From an uncultured Verrucomicrobiota bacterium (lineage in GTDB: Bacteria; Verrucomicrobiota; Verrucomicrobiia; Limisphaerales; UBA1412), in assembly GCA_944389455.1 (NCBI GenBank), contig CALXMK010000005.1, positions 3,483 through 67,482 of the forward strand: DNA of 64,000 nucleotides, given 5' to 3'. A program made the position numbers and the translations under genes. The notes beneath the pieces were generated by a model. It saw only the letters and a list, made by a program, of their open reading frames with translations, was not told where the DNA came from and ran no database searches. Positions 56,112 through 64,000 of this stretch are shown here, piece by piece (the stretch's first letter is position 1; the number at the start of each line of letters is the position of its first letter).

Positions 56112-57152
56112 CTAAGCTTTTATACTAAAACTTTCGGCTCTCTTTGCTTTCTGTAAGCGATCCAATTCATGACTCACCATTTCTTGAATCATCTCCTTAA
56201 AAGAAATCCGTGGCTCCCACCCCAATGCCTTCTTCGCTTTGGAACTATCCCCAACTAGAGCATAAGGTTCTAAAGGACGAAAAAAGCGTGGATCCTGTCT
56301 CACATACAGCTTCCAATCCAACTTCAGTGTTTCAAAAGCTGTTTCAACCATCTCACGTACCGAATGAAGCTTCCCCGTAGATATAATAAAATCTTCAGGC
56401 TTTTCTTGCTGAAGCATTTTCCAAAACGCACGGATATAGTCTCTTGAATCTCCCCAATCACGCTGTGAATCCAGATTTCCAAGTACAAGTTCATGCTGAA
56501 TCCCCAACTTAATTTCGGCTGCGGTCCGACAAATTTTGAGTGAAACAAAATGCTCACCCCGGCGAGGAGATTCATGATTATAAAGGATTGCGTTGCAAGC
56601 AAAAACCCCAAAAGCACTCCGATAGAGCTTAACCATCTGAGTCGCAAAAACCTTGGCTATTCCATAAGGATTAACAGGATTCATTGGAGTTTCCTCTGTC
56701 TGAGGAACTTGAAATGGAACACCAAAGATTTCACTGGATGTAGGATGAAAGAATTTAGGCTTATAGGGCATATCTCTCACAATTTCCAATAATCGCAAAG
56801 TTCCCATTGCCACCATATCGCAAGTAGATTCAGGAATATCAAAACTCAGTCCAACATGACTCTGTCCAGCTAAATGATAGAATTCCTGTGGTGCTATGGA
56901 AGTCATTAACCTGCGCAGGGTTGTCGTATCTTCCAAATCCGCGTGATGAAGGAAAAAAGTCTTCTCAAAATATCGACTACGATCACATAAATGCTCAATG
57001 CGCCCACGATTAGAAGCACTTGAACGGCGGACTAATCCATGAACTTCATATCCTTTGTCCAACAGATATTCCGCCAAATAAGATCCATCCTGGCCAGTAA
57101 TCCCCGTAATTAAAGCACGGGGGTGAGTTATCTCCTCAATTCCTCCTGCCAT
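56112..57152 (-). CDS. gmd: GDP-mannose 4,6-dehydratase
   Basis: ALITGITGQDGSYLAEYLLDKGYEVHGLVRRSSASNRGRIEHL, then SSE.FG and NHESPRRGE.FV, are typical of Gmd. Confidence 0.9.
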   Translation of the reverse strand: MAGGIEEITHPRALITGITGQDGSYLAEYLLDKGYEVHGLVRRSSASNRGRIEHLCDRSRYFEKTFFLHHADLEDTTTLRRLMTSIAPQEFYHLAGQSHVGLSFDIPESTCDMVAMGTLRLLEIVRDMPYKPKFFHPTSSEIFGVPFQVPQTEETPMNPVNPYGIAKVFATQMVKLYRSAFGVFACNAILYNHESPRRGEHFVSLKICRTAAEIKLGIQHELVLGNLDSQRDWGDSRDYIRAFWKMLQQEKPEDFIISTGKLHSVREMVETAFETLKLDWKLYVRQDPRFFRPLEPYALVGDSSKAKKALGWEPRISFKEMIQEMVSHELDRLQKAKRAESFSIKA

Positions 57153-57161
57153 ATATTAATC

Positions 57162-57911
57162 TTATCTCAAAGAGGTAAAAATACGATCCGCCTCTTTCAA
57201 AGACTCTTTGGAACCAATATCATACCATTTCCCCATTACCTTCCATACATAAAAAGGGATTCTTTTTGAAAGCCACTCCACCAATCGGCCCGGCTGATCT
57301 GGATTATTCCCCTGAACAATATAATCATCAATCATTTTCAGAACTGAAGCTGGATAATAATAAAGTGCAATCGCACTCCAAGTGCTGGTAGGATTTTGTG
57401 GTTTTTCCTTAAAGCTGGTAATTCTATTTTTCTCATCGACCTCTATCGAGCAATATTTCTTTACCAACTCTAAATCTTCCACATCATAAATTCCCACTCG
57501 TGGAGCCTCTATTTCGCGGCAAGACCTTGCGAAATCAAGCAGATCGTTTTCAAATAAATTATCTCCCGCCAAAACCCATATATCTTCTCGAATCCCACAT
57601 TCATGAAGAACATAATAGATATCACCTATAGCTCCCCTTTTATTGGTATCTTCTGTTGTCAAATCATCAATTACTCTCGGCTTTTTCCCCATAAAACGGA
57701 ATTCTGTCTTTGAGGCCCATTCTCGAAAATGCCCTGAGAACTTGCTATTGGTAACGATAATAACCTCTTCTATTCCCTCCACGGGGGAAAGAGATTCCAA
57801 AATATGATCAAGCATAGGCTTACCCGCTATCTTCAGAAGAGGTTTGGGACAATTCAGTGTTAATGGATATAAACGAGTCGCATAACCCGCAGCTAGAATT
57901 ATAACTTTCAT
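57162..57911 (-). CDS. Sugar-phosphate nucleotidyltransferase (NTP_transferase family; possibly mannose-1-phosphate guanylyltransferase by context)
   Basis: MKVIILAAGYATRLYPLTLNCPKPLLKIAGKPMLDHILE is the G-x-G-T-R-L nucleotidyltransferase motif. The substrate is inferred only from adjacency to gmd. Confidence 0.8.
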   Translation of the reverse strand: MKVIILAAGYATRLYPLTLNCPKPLLKIAGKPMLDHILESLSPVEGIEEVIIVTNSKFSGHFREWASKTEFRFMGKKPRVIDDLTTEDTNKRGAIGDIYYVLHECGIREDIWVLAGDNLFENDLLDFARSCREIEAPRVGIYDVEDLELVKKYCSIEVDEKNRITSFKEKPQNPTSTWSAIALYYYPASVLKMIDDYIVQGNNPDQPGRLVEWLSKRIPFYVWKVMGKWYDIGSKESLKEADRIFTSLR

Positions 57912-57950
57912 GCTGAACTTATAGACAAATAAAAACAGATAAATACAAAA

Positions 57951-59738
57951 TCAATTTAAAAACACTTCCGGAGCGGCCTCTTTAGCAAATTGAGCAGACA
58001 ACTCCTGAATTTGAGCTGCGTATTTCATTTCCATTGCCTGATGAGCTAACTTCTGACATTCTTGAAAGGAAACTCTTCTGATAAGACAATGAATTTTGGA
58101 CAATAGCGGCAAAGAAACACTCAACTCATCAACACCCAAACCAATTAATAAGGGAATTAATTCCGGCATTCCTGCCATCTCTCCGCAAATGGCTACAGGA
58201 ATTCCCCCGCTTCGTCTCCCTCCATGAGCGGCTCGAACTGTATCACTAATCAGTCGAATTACCGCCGGATGCGTCGGTTGATAAAGATGATTGACCGCAG
58301 GATTAATTCTATCAACCGCCAAAGTATATTGAATCAAATCATTAGTCCCTATACTGAAAAAAGCCGCACGATGAGCCAATTCCTGCGCACAAACTACCGC
58401 TGACGGAATTTCTATCATAATTCCTACTTCAATCTCTGGATTATATTCCACTCCCTCTCTATCCAATTCCATCATGCATTCCTTTAGCAATTCCTGTGCC
58501 CGATCAAATTCTTCCAGAGAAGAAATCATCGGATACATGATTTTTAAATTTTTACATACAGCTCCGGCTCTAAGGAGCGCACGCAACTGAACCTTAAAGA
58601 TATGCGAATACTTTAAACATAAACGAATAGCCCGGCATCCTAAAAAAGGATTATCCTCTTCCGACAAAGATAAGCCAGGAGAATTTTTATCCCCACCAAT
58701 GTCCAATGTCCTAATTACCACAGGCCGTTTATTCATTGAAATCCCCACTTTGCGATACACCTCATACTGCTCCTCCTCAGTCGGCAATTGTTCCTTGTTC
58801 AGGAAGAAAAATTCCGTTCTGAATAATCCTATTCCCTCTACACCAAAGCTATAAGCCTTTTGAGCATCCATCGCCTTAGCCAGATTGGCCCCTAATAACA
58901 CATATCTTCCGTCTAGTGTTACAGAAGGTTTTCTGGAATCCGCCTCTAACTCCTGCTCTATCGTCTGAATTTTTTCCAGATATTTTCCGTATGCCAGACG
59001 AGTTTTAACAGTCGGTGAAACAATTACTGCTCCTTTATATCCATCCAAGAGCAAAAATTGACCTGTCTTTAACTGTTCCGTTGCATTATCAAGACCACTG
59101 ATCGCCGGTATCCTCAAAGAACGTGCTAAAATAGCAACATGTGAAGTCGGCCCACCTTGCTCTGTAATAACCCCAACGATGAGCTTATGGTCCCATTGAA
59201 CAGTCTCGCTAGGTGAAAAATCTTTCCCCACTAAAATCGTAGGCTCACTTAAAGTTTCATACCACGTGGAGACCCATCCCGTTAAATTATCAATCAAGCG
59301 GCTTGAAACATCTTTAATATCTGCCACCCGTTGCTTAAAATACTCATCAGAAAGTTTTTCAAAAGAGCTAATACACTTTTTAAAAACCTTATCCGCTGCT
59401 AACTCTGCCGGCAATAGCTCTACCTGAATGAGACGAGCAATCTCATCAAGCAAAATTTGATCTTCTAAAACCAGCTGATGACTTGCAAAAATCTCCGCAT
59501 CCTTTTGACCAATCATCTCTCGAACTTTTGCCTCTACATCCTCTAATTGATGCATCGTCAATAGAAGCGCTTTCTGGAATCTATCTAACTCTTGAGAAGT
59601 TTCTTTCGGAGAAATATTTCTTTCTATAATAGAAGGCCTTGCATGATTTACAACAACGCAGCGAGACATACCAATTCCCGGTGAAACAGAATTTCCATAT
59701 AACACTTTCTCCACTGCACTGCTCTGACCTGACGTCAT
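57951..59738 (-). CDS. ptsI: Phosphoenolpyruvate--protein phosphotransferase (PTS enzyme I)
   Basis: The phospho-His region GGPTSHVAILARSLRIPAI and a PEP-utilising TIM-barrel C-terminus (IGTNDLIQYTLAVDR) are present. Length is 595 aa. Confidence 0.9.
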   Translation of the reverse strand: MTSGQSSAVEKVLYGNSVSPGIGMSRCVVVNHARPSIIERNISPKETSQELDRFQKALLLTMHQLEDVEAKVREMIGQKDAEIFASHQLVLEDQILLDEIARLIQVELLPAELAADKVFKKCISSFEKLSDEYFKQRVADIKDVSSRLIDNLTGWVSTWYETLSEPTILVGKDFSPSETVQWDHKLIVGVITEQGGPTSHVAILARSLRIPAISGLDNATEQLKTGQFLLLDGYKGAVIVSPTVKTRLAYGKYLEKIQTIEQELEADSRKPSVTLDGRYVLLGANLAKAMDAQKAYSFGVEGIGLFRTEFFFLNKEQLPTEEEQYEVYRKVGISMNKRPVVIRTLDIGGDKNSPGLSLSEEDNPFLGCRAIRLCLKYSHIFKVQLRALLRAGAVCKNLKIMYPMISSLEEFDRAQELLKECMMELDREGVEYNPEIEVGIMIEIPSAVVCAQELAHRAAFFSIGTNDLIQYTLAVDRINPAVNHLYQPTHPAVIRLISDTVRAAHGGRRSGGIPVAICGEMAGMPELIPLLIGLGVDELSVSLPLLSKIHCLIRRVSFQECQKLAHQAMEMKYAAQIQELSAQFAKEAAPEVFLN

Positions 59739-59867
59739 ACGAGAATATTATGAAGTTATTTAAGCAAAATTAAAAGCATAAAATTCAAATATTAGATACC
59801 AGAATAAATCCCAATTTTATATATCATAAATTCTTTGAAATGCCAATTATCATGACCAACATACAAC

Positions 59868-59897
59868 TTGACAAAAAGACTTTTTAAAGTGGATAAT
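59868..59897 (+). promoter_or_regulatory. Candidate promoter upstream of the 490-aa lipoprotein gene
   Basis: TTGACA (59868-59873), an 18-nt spacer and GATAAT (59892-59897). This would give a very short leader before the ATG at 59914. Confidence 0.3.
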
Positions 59898-59913
59898 TAT
59901 CTACAGCATAGTA

Positions 59914-61386
59914 ATGCCAGCTGCAGAAAAAACAGCGCTTTGGAAAAGACTTTTAAAAAAAGAAAATGCGAGCCCTTTGCTTCGCAATATTTCTTTTTTA
60001 TTTTTTCCTATTCTACTCATATCTGCTTCTCTTCTCACTGGCTGCTCTACCTATACGCAACAAATTCAAAAAGCCAATAATTATTACTATTCAGGTAATA
60101 TAAAACAAGCCAAAATAGAAATACTCAAAAAGTCAGCTAAAAAGCAGAAATCACGTGATGCTCTTGTCTGGAAATTGGAGGAAGGTGCCGTTTTTCGCAC
60201 AGATGGGGATCTGCCAGCCAGCACAAAGTCATTCAATGAGGCCGACCAAATTATTCGCAAATACGAGGAATCTTTTGCTGACACTCGGCTCGGACAAGAA
60301 ACACTCGCAACCTTCAGTAATCCTGCGAATATTACATATGAAGGATGGACAACTGACCGTATCATGATCAGTACCTATTTGGCACTTAACGAGCTTTTTC
60401 AAGGTAATATAGAAAATGCCCGCGTTCATTTCAATAAAGCTTATCTGCGTCAACAAGATGCGGTCAATAAAAATGCTCGCAAAATCGAACAGATCCAAAG
60501 TTCCATAGCTGCAAACGAATTATCCAGAGAAGCAACATCTAATTCAAATATTTCAAAAAATCTCTCCTCTCTTTATACTCCGCTGAATCAACTCCATCCT
60601 TTAGCTAACTACGTTAATCCTTTTACTTCATATGTCCGCGGTCTTTTTTTTCTCTTTTACGCTGCAGATGCCAGTGACTTAGAAACAGCCCACAAATCTC
60701 TCCAACAAGCCTACTCGTTAGCAAACAATAATCTTTTTATTGGAAAAGACATTCAAATGTCTGAACAAATTCTAGAAGGACTTCCTGCTGAAACAAACAT
60801 CACATATATTCTCTTTGAGAGCGGCAGAGCCCCCTATTTATCAGAATATACCCTCAATATTCCGCTGCCAATCAATAATGCAATCTATCCGGTAAACATA
60901 GCATTCCCTATCTTTACTCCCTCTTACAGTAATAACTCGCTAAGAGTCAGTACCTCTTCCAATACAAGTCAAACGGATATCATCGCTGATATGAATGATA
61001 TTTTCGGGACAGATTTTAAATCAGAACTCCCAACAATCATTGCTCGTACTATTGCTGCAACAGCTATTCGTCAGGCAGCCAACATTACAGCTAATCAAGC
61101 ATTGAAAAATACTGATTCTTCTGTTCAGCTTCTATCCGGTCTGGCTCTCTATATTATTCAGACAAGTATCAATATCGCAGATACCCGTTCATGGACACTT
61201 CTTCCATCCAACTTCCAGCTCTGTCGCATTCCCACTCCTATTGATGGAAAAATCACTCTGCGTGAAACAAAAGGCAGCCAATCAGTTTCCATACAGCTCC
61301 CCAATATGGGACCTTATCTTATCTACGTCAAATCTATCGGCCCCAATATTAAAATGACCACTTGGGTCCATTCTCTGCCTAAATAA
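59914..61386 (+). CDS. Large lipoprotein of unknown function (helical/TPR-like N-terminal half, COG3014-like)
   Basis: It has a signal peptide plus lipobox (LLISASLLTG-C), a helical repeat-like N-terminal half and a beta-rich C-terminal half. The family assignment is from memory and weak. Confidence 0.7.
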   Translation: MPAAEKTALWKRLLKKENASPLLRNISFLFFPILLISASLLTGCSTYTQQIQKANNYYYSGNIKQAKIEILKKSAKKQKSRDALVWKLEEGAVFRTDGDLPASTKSFNEADQIIRKYEESFADTRLGQETLATFSNPANITYEGWTTDRIMISTYLALNELFQGNIENARVHFNKAYLRQQDAVNKNARKIEQIQSSIAANELSREATSNSNISKNLSSLYTPLNQLHPLANYVNPFTSYVRGLFFLFYAADASDLETAHKSLQQAYSLANNNLFIGKDIQMSEQILEGLPAETNITYILFESGRAPYLSEYTLNIPLPINNAIYPVNIAFPIFTPSYSNNSLRVSTSSNTSQTDIIADMNDIFGTDFKSELPTIIARTIAATAIRQAANITANQALKNTDSSVQLLSGLALYIIQTSINIADTRSWTLLPSNFQLCRIPTPIDGKITLRETKGSQSVSIQLPNMGPYLIYVKSIGPNIKMTTWVHSLPK

Positions 61387-61455
61387 GTATCTGCTTTATC
61401 CTAGAGCAATACTCAACATCTCACTTTAGAAATCTGATCTAACTCCTATCTAAAA

Positions 61456-62820
61456 CTATGGCAAGATAGGAGAATTCCCTGGAATGATCGTTCCTCCCGT
61501 ATAAAATGAATCCTTATTCAGGTGATATAAATTCAAAACAGAGCCATCATAAGGAGATTTTCCTGTATAATTAGAGCTCACTTCCACCCTAAAACCACTC
61601 TGTTCCAAAAACTTAGCAAATCCATACATTTTCTGTACCTCTCCTTCTGTCAGCATCATATTTATTTCCATCTGATTATCAGATTCTCGGCGCTTAATTG
61701 CCAATTTCTGATTTCTCTCAACTAATTCTTGGAAGAAAAGAATATTTTCTTTCAACTTCTGAATAACGTCTGAGGTAGGAGCCACCGCAATATTAAAAAC
61801 CTGAGGAGTGGTACTGCTCTTCTTAATATTTATTGTACGTACCACCGGTTTATTCCCCTCTCGAGTCACAGAAAGCTTATGCACTCCCGAGCGTGCCTCA
61901 AAGGTCCCCGGAGTAGTACCAACCATTACTCCATCCAACTCCACAATAGCACCATCAGCATAAATGTTTAGATTCTGTCCTTGTTTCTCCGGAATTTCAA
62001 TTATCCCATTTTCAGCAATCCAGAAATGAGGAAGTGTTAGAGGGACCATTGATAAATCCGCTATTACACAATTCACCGTAAAAATTTTATAACTATTATC
62101 GTTTGCAGGAATCGCATTGCGCACCCTCAGCGCCGCAAGTTTTTCGCCGATCTCTGAAGAAATCTGATTGGCAGCATCTCCCATCAATTCCAATAATCGA
62201 TCGGTATTGTTAATAGACAAATCCTTAGTAATTAACTCCGTTTTTTGAGGAGTAATCGCTCCGCTGATAAAAGAGGATCCATCCGCTCCAACTAAAACTT
62301 CATATCCAACATGTAACTTATAAATATTCATATCCGTGGCCACAGCTCCTCGTTGGTATGAACGCTGCTCCTTATTCGTTCCAAGCAGTCTGGCCACAAT
62401 CAAATAATCAGCATTCATCGCCTCCGCCAAAGAAAGAGCAGTTCCCTCCTCCAATAATCTGGCATAAGCATTCTCCTGATTGGTAATTCCTTCTTTTTCT
62501 AAAGACTCAAGAACAATATCCTGATTTATCACACTAAAACCTGTTGAAGCCAATCGACTCCCCACAATACTGCGAAATTGATCTGTAAGAGACTGGCATT
62601 CAGGTGCGCTATTAATCACAAAAAGGCCAGCAGTAAGCCGCTTCTCCGCATAGGAATCCGAAGGTTCTTCTTTTTTTTCAGTTGATGAAGATTTAACAAT
62701 TGGTTCAGTAATTGACACCTCTACCTTTACGGTTTTATTTGTTTCACCTTCTGCCGATTGAACTGCCCCCCCTCCCCATGTTAACAGTCCTATAATCACC
62801 GCTATCACAAAAGCTCTCAT
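61456..62820 (-). CDS. Secreted protein with CsgG/LpoB-like N-terminal fold, PEGA domain and C-terminal coiled-coil region
   Basis: A signal peptide (MRAFVIAVIIGLLTWGGGAVQSAEG) is present. The N-domain pattern is LTAGLFVIN....SLTDQFRSIVGSRLASTGFSVINQD.V..........LAEAMNADYLIVARLLG. The PEGA-like segment is GAIVELDGVMVGTTPGTFEARSGVHKLSVTREGNKPVVRTINI. Confidence 0.7.
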   Translation of the reverse strand: MRAFVIAVIIGLLTWGGGAVQSAEGETNKTVKVEVSITEPIVKSSSTEKKEEPSDSYAEKRLTAGLFVINSAPECQSLTDQFRSIVGSRLASTGFSVINQDIVLESLEKEGITNQENAYARLLEEGTALSLAEAMNADYLIVARLLGTNKEQRSYQRGAVATDMNIYKLHVGYEVLVGADGSSFISGAITPQKTELITKDLSINNTDRLLELMGDAANQISSEIGEKLAALRVRNAIPANDNSYKIFTVNCVIADLSMVPLTLPHFWIAENGIIEIPEKQGQNLNIYADGAIVELDGVMVGTTPGTFEARSGVHKLSVTREGNKPVVRTINIKKSSTTPQVFNIAVAPTSDVIQKLKENILFFQELVERNQKLAIKRRESDNQMEINMMLTEGEVQKMYGFAKFLEQSGFRVEVSSNYTGKSPYDGSVLNLYHLNKDSFYTGGTIIPGNSPILP

Positions 62821-62965
62821 AAAAACACTCTCTTCTCTATGAGCCTAATATTTAGACTACGCACTTCAGGATTATCGTTTTTCTAACATGCCAAAATTAA
62901 TTTCAGCTATGTACTTTTATTCTCCGCTAAAAACCCCATTTTGTCAAGAAACGGGGAAAAAACAT

Positions 62966-62994
62966 TTGAGCTTCTCTCTTTTTATACCTATAAT
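62966..62994 (+). promoter_or_regulatory. Candidate promoter upstream of the CsgG-fold gene
   Basis: TTGAGC (62966-62971), a 17-nt spacer and TATAAT (62989-62994), 80 nt upstream of the ATG at 63075. Confidence 0.3.
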
Positions 62995-63074
62995 TTTACC
63001 AATCGAGGATTGGATCGAGGCTATTTTTCAAGCTGCCACTGATGTCCTCATTAAAAAACATTAAATTGCAGACC

Positions 63075-64000
63075 ATGAACAACATCAAACTTTTCATGAG
63101 CATAGCCGCAATGCTTCTCTTCTGTATTGCACCTCTCCAAAACCATGCGCAAATTACTGCTCAAAATACTTCCCAAAAGGAAACACTAGCTATCTCAACT
63201 GTTAAAGCTACCCCTGAATTGGAAAACAAAATTAAATCCTTAGGAAAAAACTCTGAATTAAAGCAATTGACTCAATCCCTCGAACAGATGTTCGCAGACC
63301 GTATTAGCGCCAACAATAAATTTCAGATCGTTTCACGCAACGATAGCGACCTTAATGAAATTATTTCAGAACAAACTTTTGGCGACAGCGGATTGGTTAA
63401 TCCTCAGACCAGTGCTCGGCTAGGGCAAATCAAAGGAGCCAAATATATTCTCATCTCAACTTTGGATGATTTTCAAGACCGCACACGCATTCTGAAAATC
63501 GATAACGAACGCAAATTAAGTATCCGCTCTTTGCGGGTTTCACTGATCACTAAACTCTACGACAGCACCACTGCCGCTCTATTAGACTCAGCCACACAGA
63601 CTTTTACTAATGAAATGCGCCGAAACATCAATCCAACCGTCCTTTCGGATGAAGGTCCTAATACAGATCAAATATTTGCTGATGCCTCACGAAAAATCGC
63701 CGATAAAATTGCCGCAGATATTACGAATGCCATCTTCCCCGCAAAAATTGTCGGATGCACTTTCCCGTTAATTACAATTAACCGCGGGGAAGGAACCGGA
63801 ATCAAATCAGGTCAAACTTGGGTCGTTTACGCCATAGGTGAAGAAATGATCGATCCCGATACGGGAGAATCATTAGGCACAGAAGAAATTCCTATCTGTA
63901 AAGCCAAAGTTCTCACCGTAAAAACAAAAACGACCACACTTCAAATTGTAGGAGACGATATGGGAGTTGAAAAAGGAATGATAGTTCGTCCAGAACAAGG
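63075..64000 (+). CDS. Secreted CsgG-family-like protein (3' end beyond window)
   Basis: This ORF is not in the supplied track because it has no stop in the window. I translated it by hand with no stop from the ATG at 63075 to 64000: MNNIKLFMSIAAMLLFCIAPLQNHAQ (signal peptide), then LAISTVKAT...LTQSLEQMFADRISANNKFQIVSRNDSDLNEIISEQTFGDSGLVNPQTSARLGQIKGAKYILISTLDDF, the CsgG/LpoB-type pattern. Confidence 0.65.
   Translation, partial: MNNIKLFMSIAAMLLFCIAPLQNHAQITAQNTSQKETLAISTVKATPELENKIKSLGKNSELKQLTQSLEQMFADRISANNKFQIVSRNDSDLNEIISEQTFGDSGLVNPQTSARLGQIKGAKYILISTLDDFQDRTRILKIDNERKLSIRSLRVSLITKLYDSTTAALLDSATQTFTNEMRRNINPTVLSDEGPNTDQIFADASRKIADKIAADITNAIFPAKIVGCTFPLITINRGEGTGIKSGQTWVVYAIGEEMIDPDTGESLGTEEIPICKAKVLTVKTKTTTLQIVGDDMGVEKGMIVRPEQ

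Noticed and set aside
1-64000. Scan for rRNA, tRNA, tmRNA/RNase P-sized gaps and CRISPR arrays
   Set aside because: All non-coding gaps longer than 150 nt were read on both strands: 4450-4609, 4958-5119, 42150-42693, 47842-48170, 53867-54119, 54457-54539, 59739-59913 and 62821-63074. None shows a tRNA cloverleaf, rRNA-like conservation or regularly spaced 25-40-bp repeats. The only repeats are those reported above.

Overview
This is a chromosomal window from an AT-rich bacterium, roughly 40% GC by eye (not computed). An H-X9-DG prepilin-like protein, the layout of the division/cell-wall (dcw) cluster and a very divergent FtsZ suggest the PVC superphylum, Lentisphaerae/Verrucomicrobia-like; this is inference only. 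Layout: (i) 0-20 kb holds housekeeping genes: a WYL regulator fragment, rsmI, mutL, purB, ribH, ribBA, ruvA, galU, uvrA, a 1018-aa secreted protein, rsmD, nnr and a rhomboid protease. (ii) 20.9-42.1 kb holds a complete minus-strand dcw cluster: mraZ-orf127-rsmH-ftsL-ftsI-murE-murF-mraY-murD-lysM-ftsW-murG-murC-murB::ddl-ftsQ-ftsA-ftsZ-yqgE, with several ATGA/GTGA start-stop overlaps. (iii) 42.15-42.69 kb is a repeat-rich divergent control region. (iv) 42.7-47.8 kb holds a gldA/gldF/gldG-like ABC-2 module plus a DUF4340 protein and a strong terminator. (v) 47.9-54.5 kb is an accessory islet of three disrupted glycoside-hydrolase genes (GH31 with an in-frame TAA, a GH95-like gene with a homopolymer frameshift, a truncated GH28-like fragment) and a degraded IS4-family transposase remnant. 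(vi) 54.5-59.7 kb holds ptsI, a sugar nucleotidyltransferase, gmd and murJ. (vii) 59.9-64 kb holds three envelope proteins: a large lipoprotein, a PEGA protein and a CsgG-fold protein running off the window. I found no rRNA, tRNA or CRISPR array. The main second-look items are the FtsZ with degenerate GTP-contact motifs but an intact C-terminal peptide, the MurB::Ddl fusion, the extra genes inside the dcw cluster, the helically phased AAAGTGT / TTGTGAATAA repeats upstream of mraZ, the decaying CAZyme islet, and the CsgG-fold/PEGA gene group. I cannot show from sequence alone that any of these is previously undescribed.
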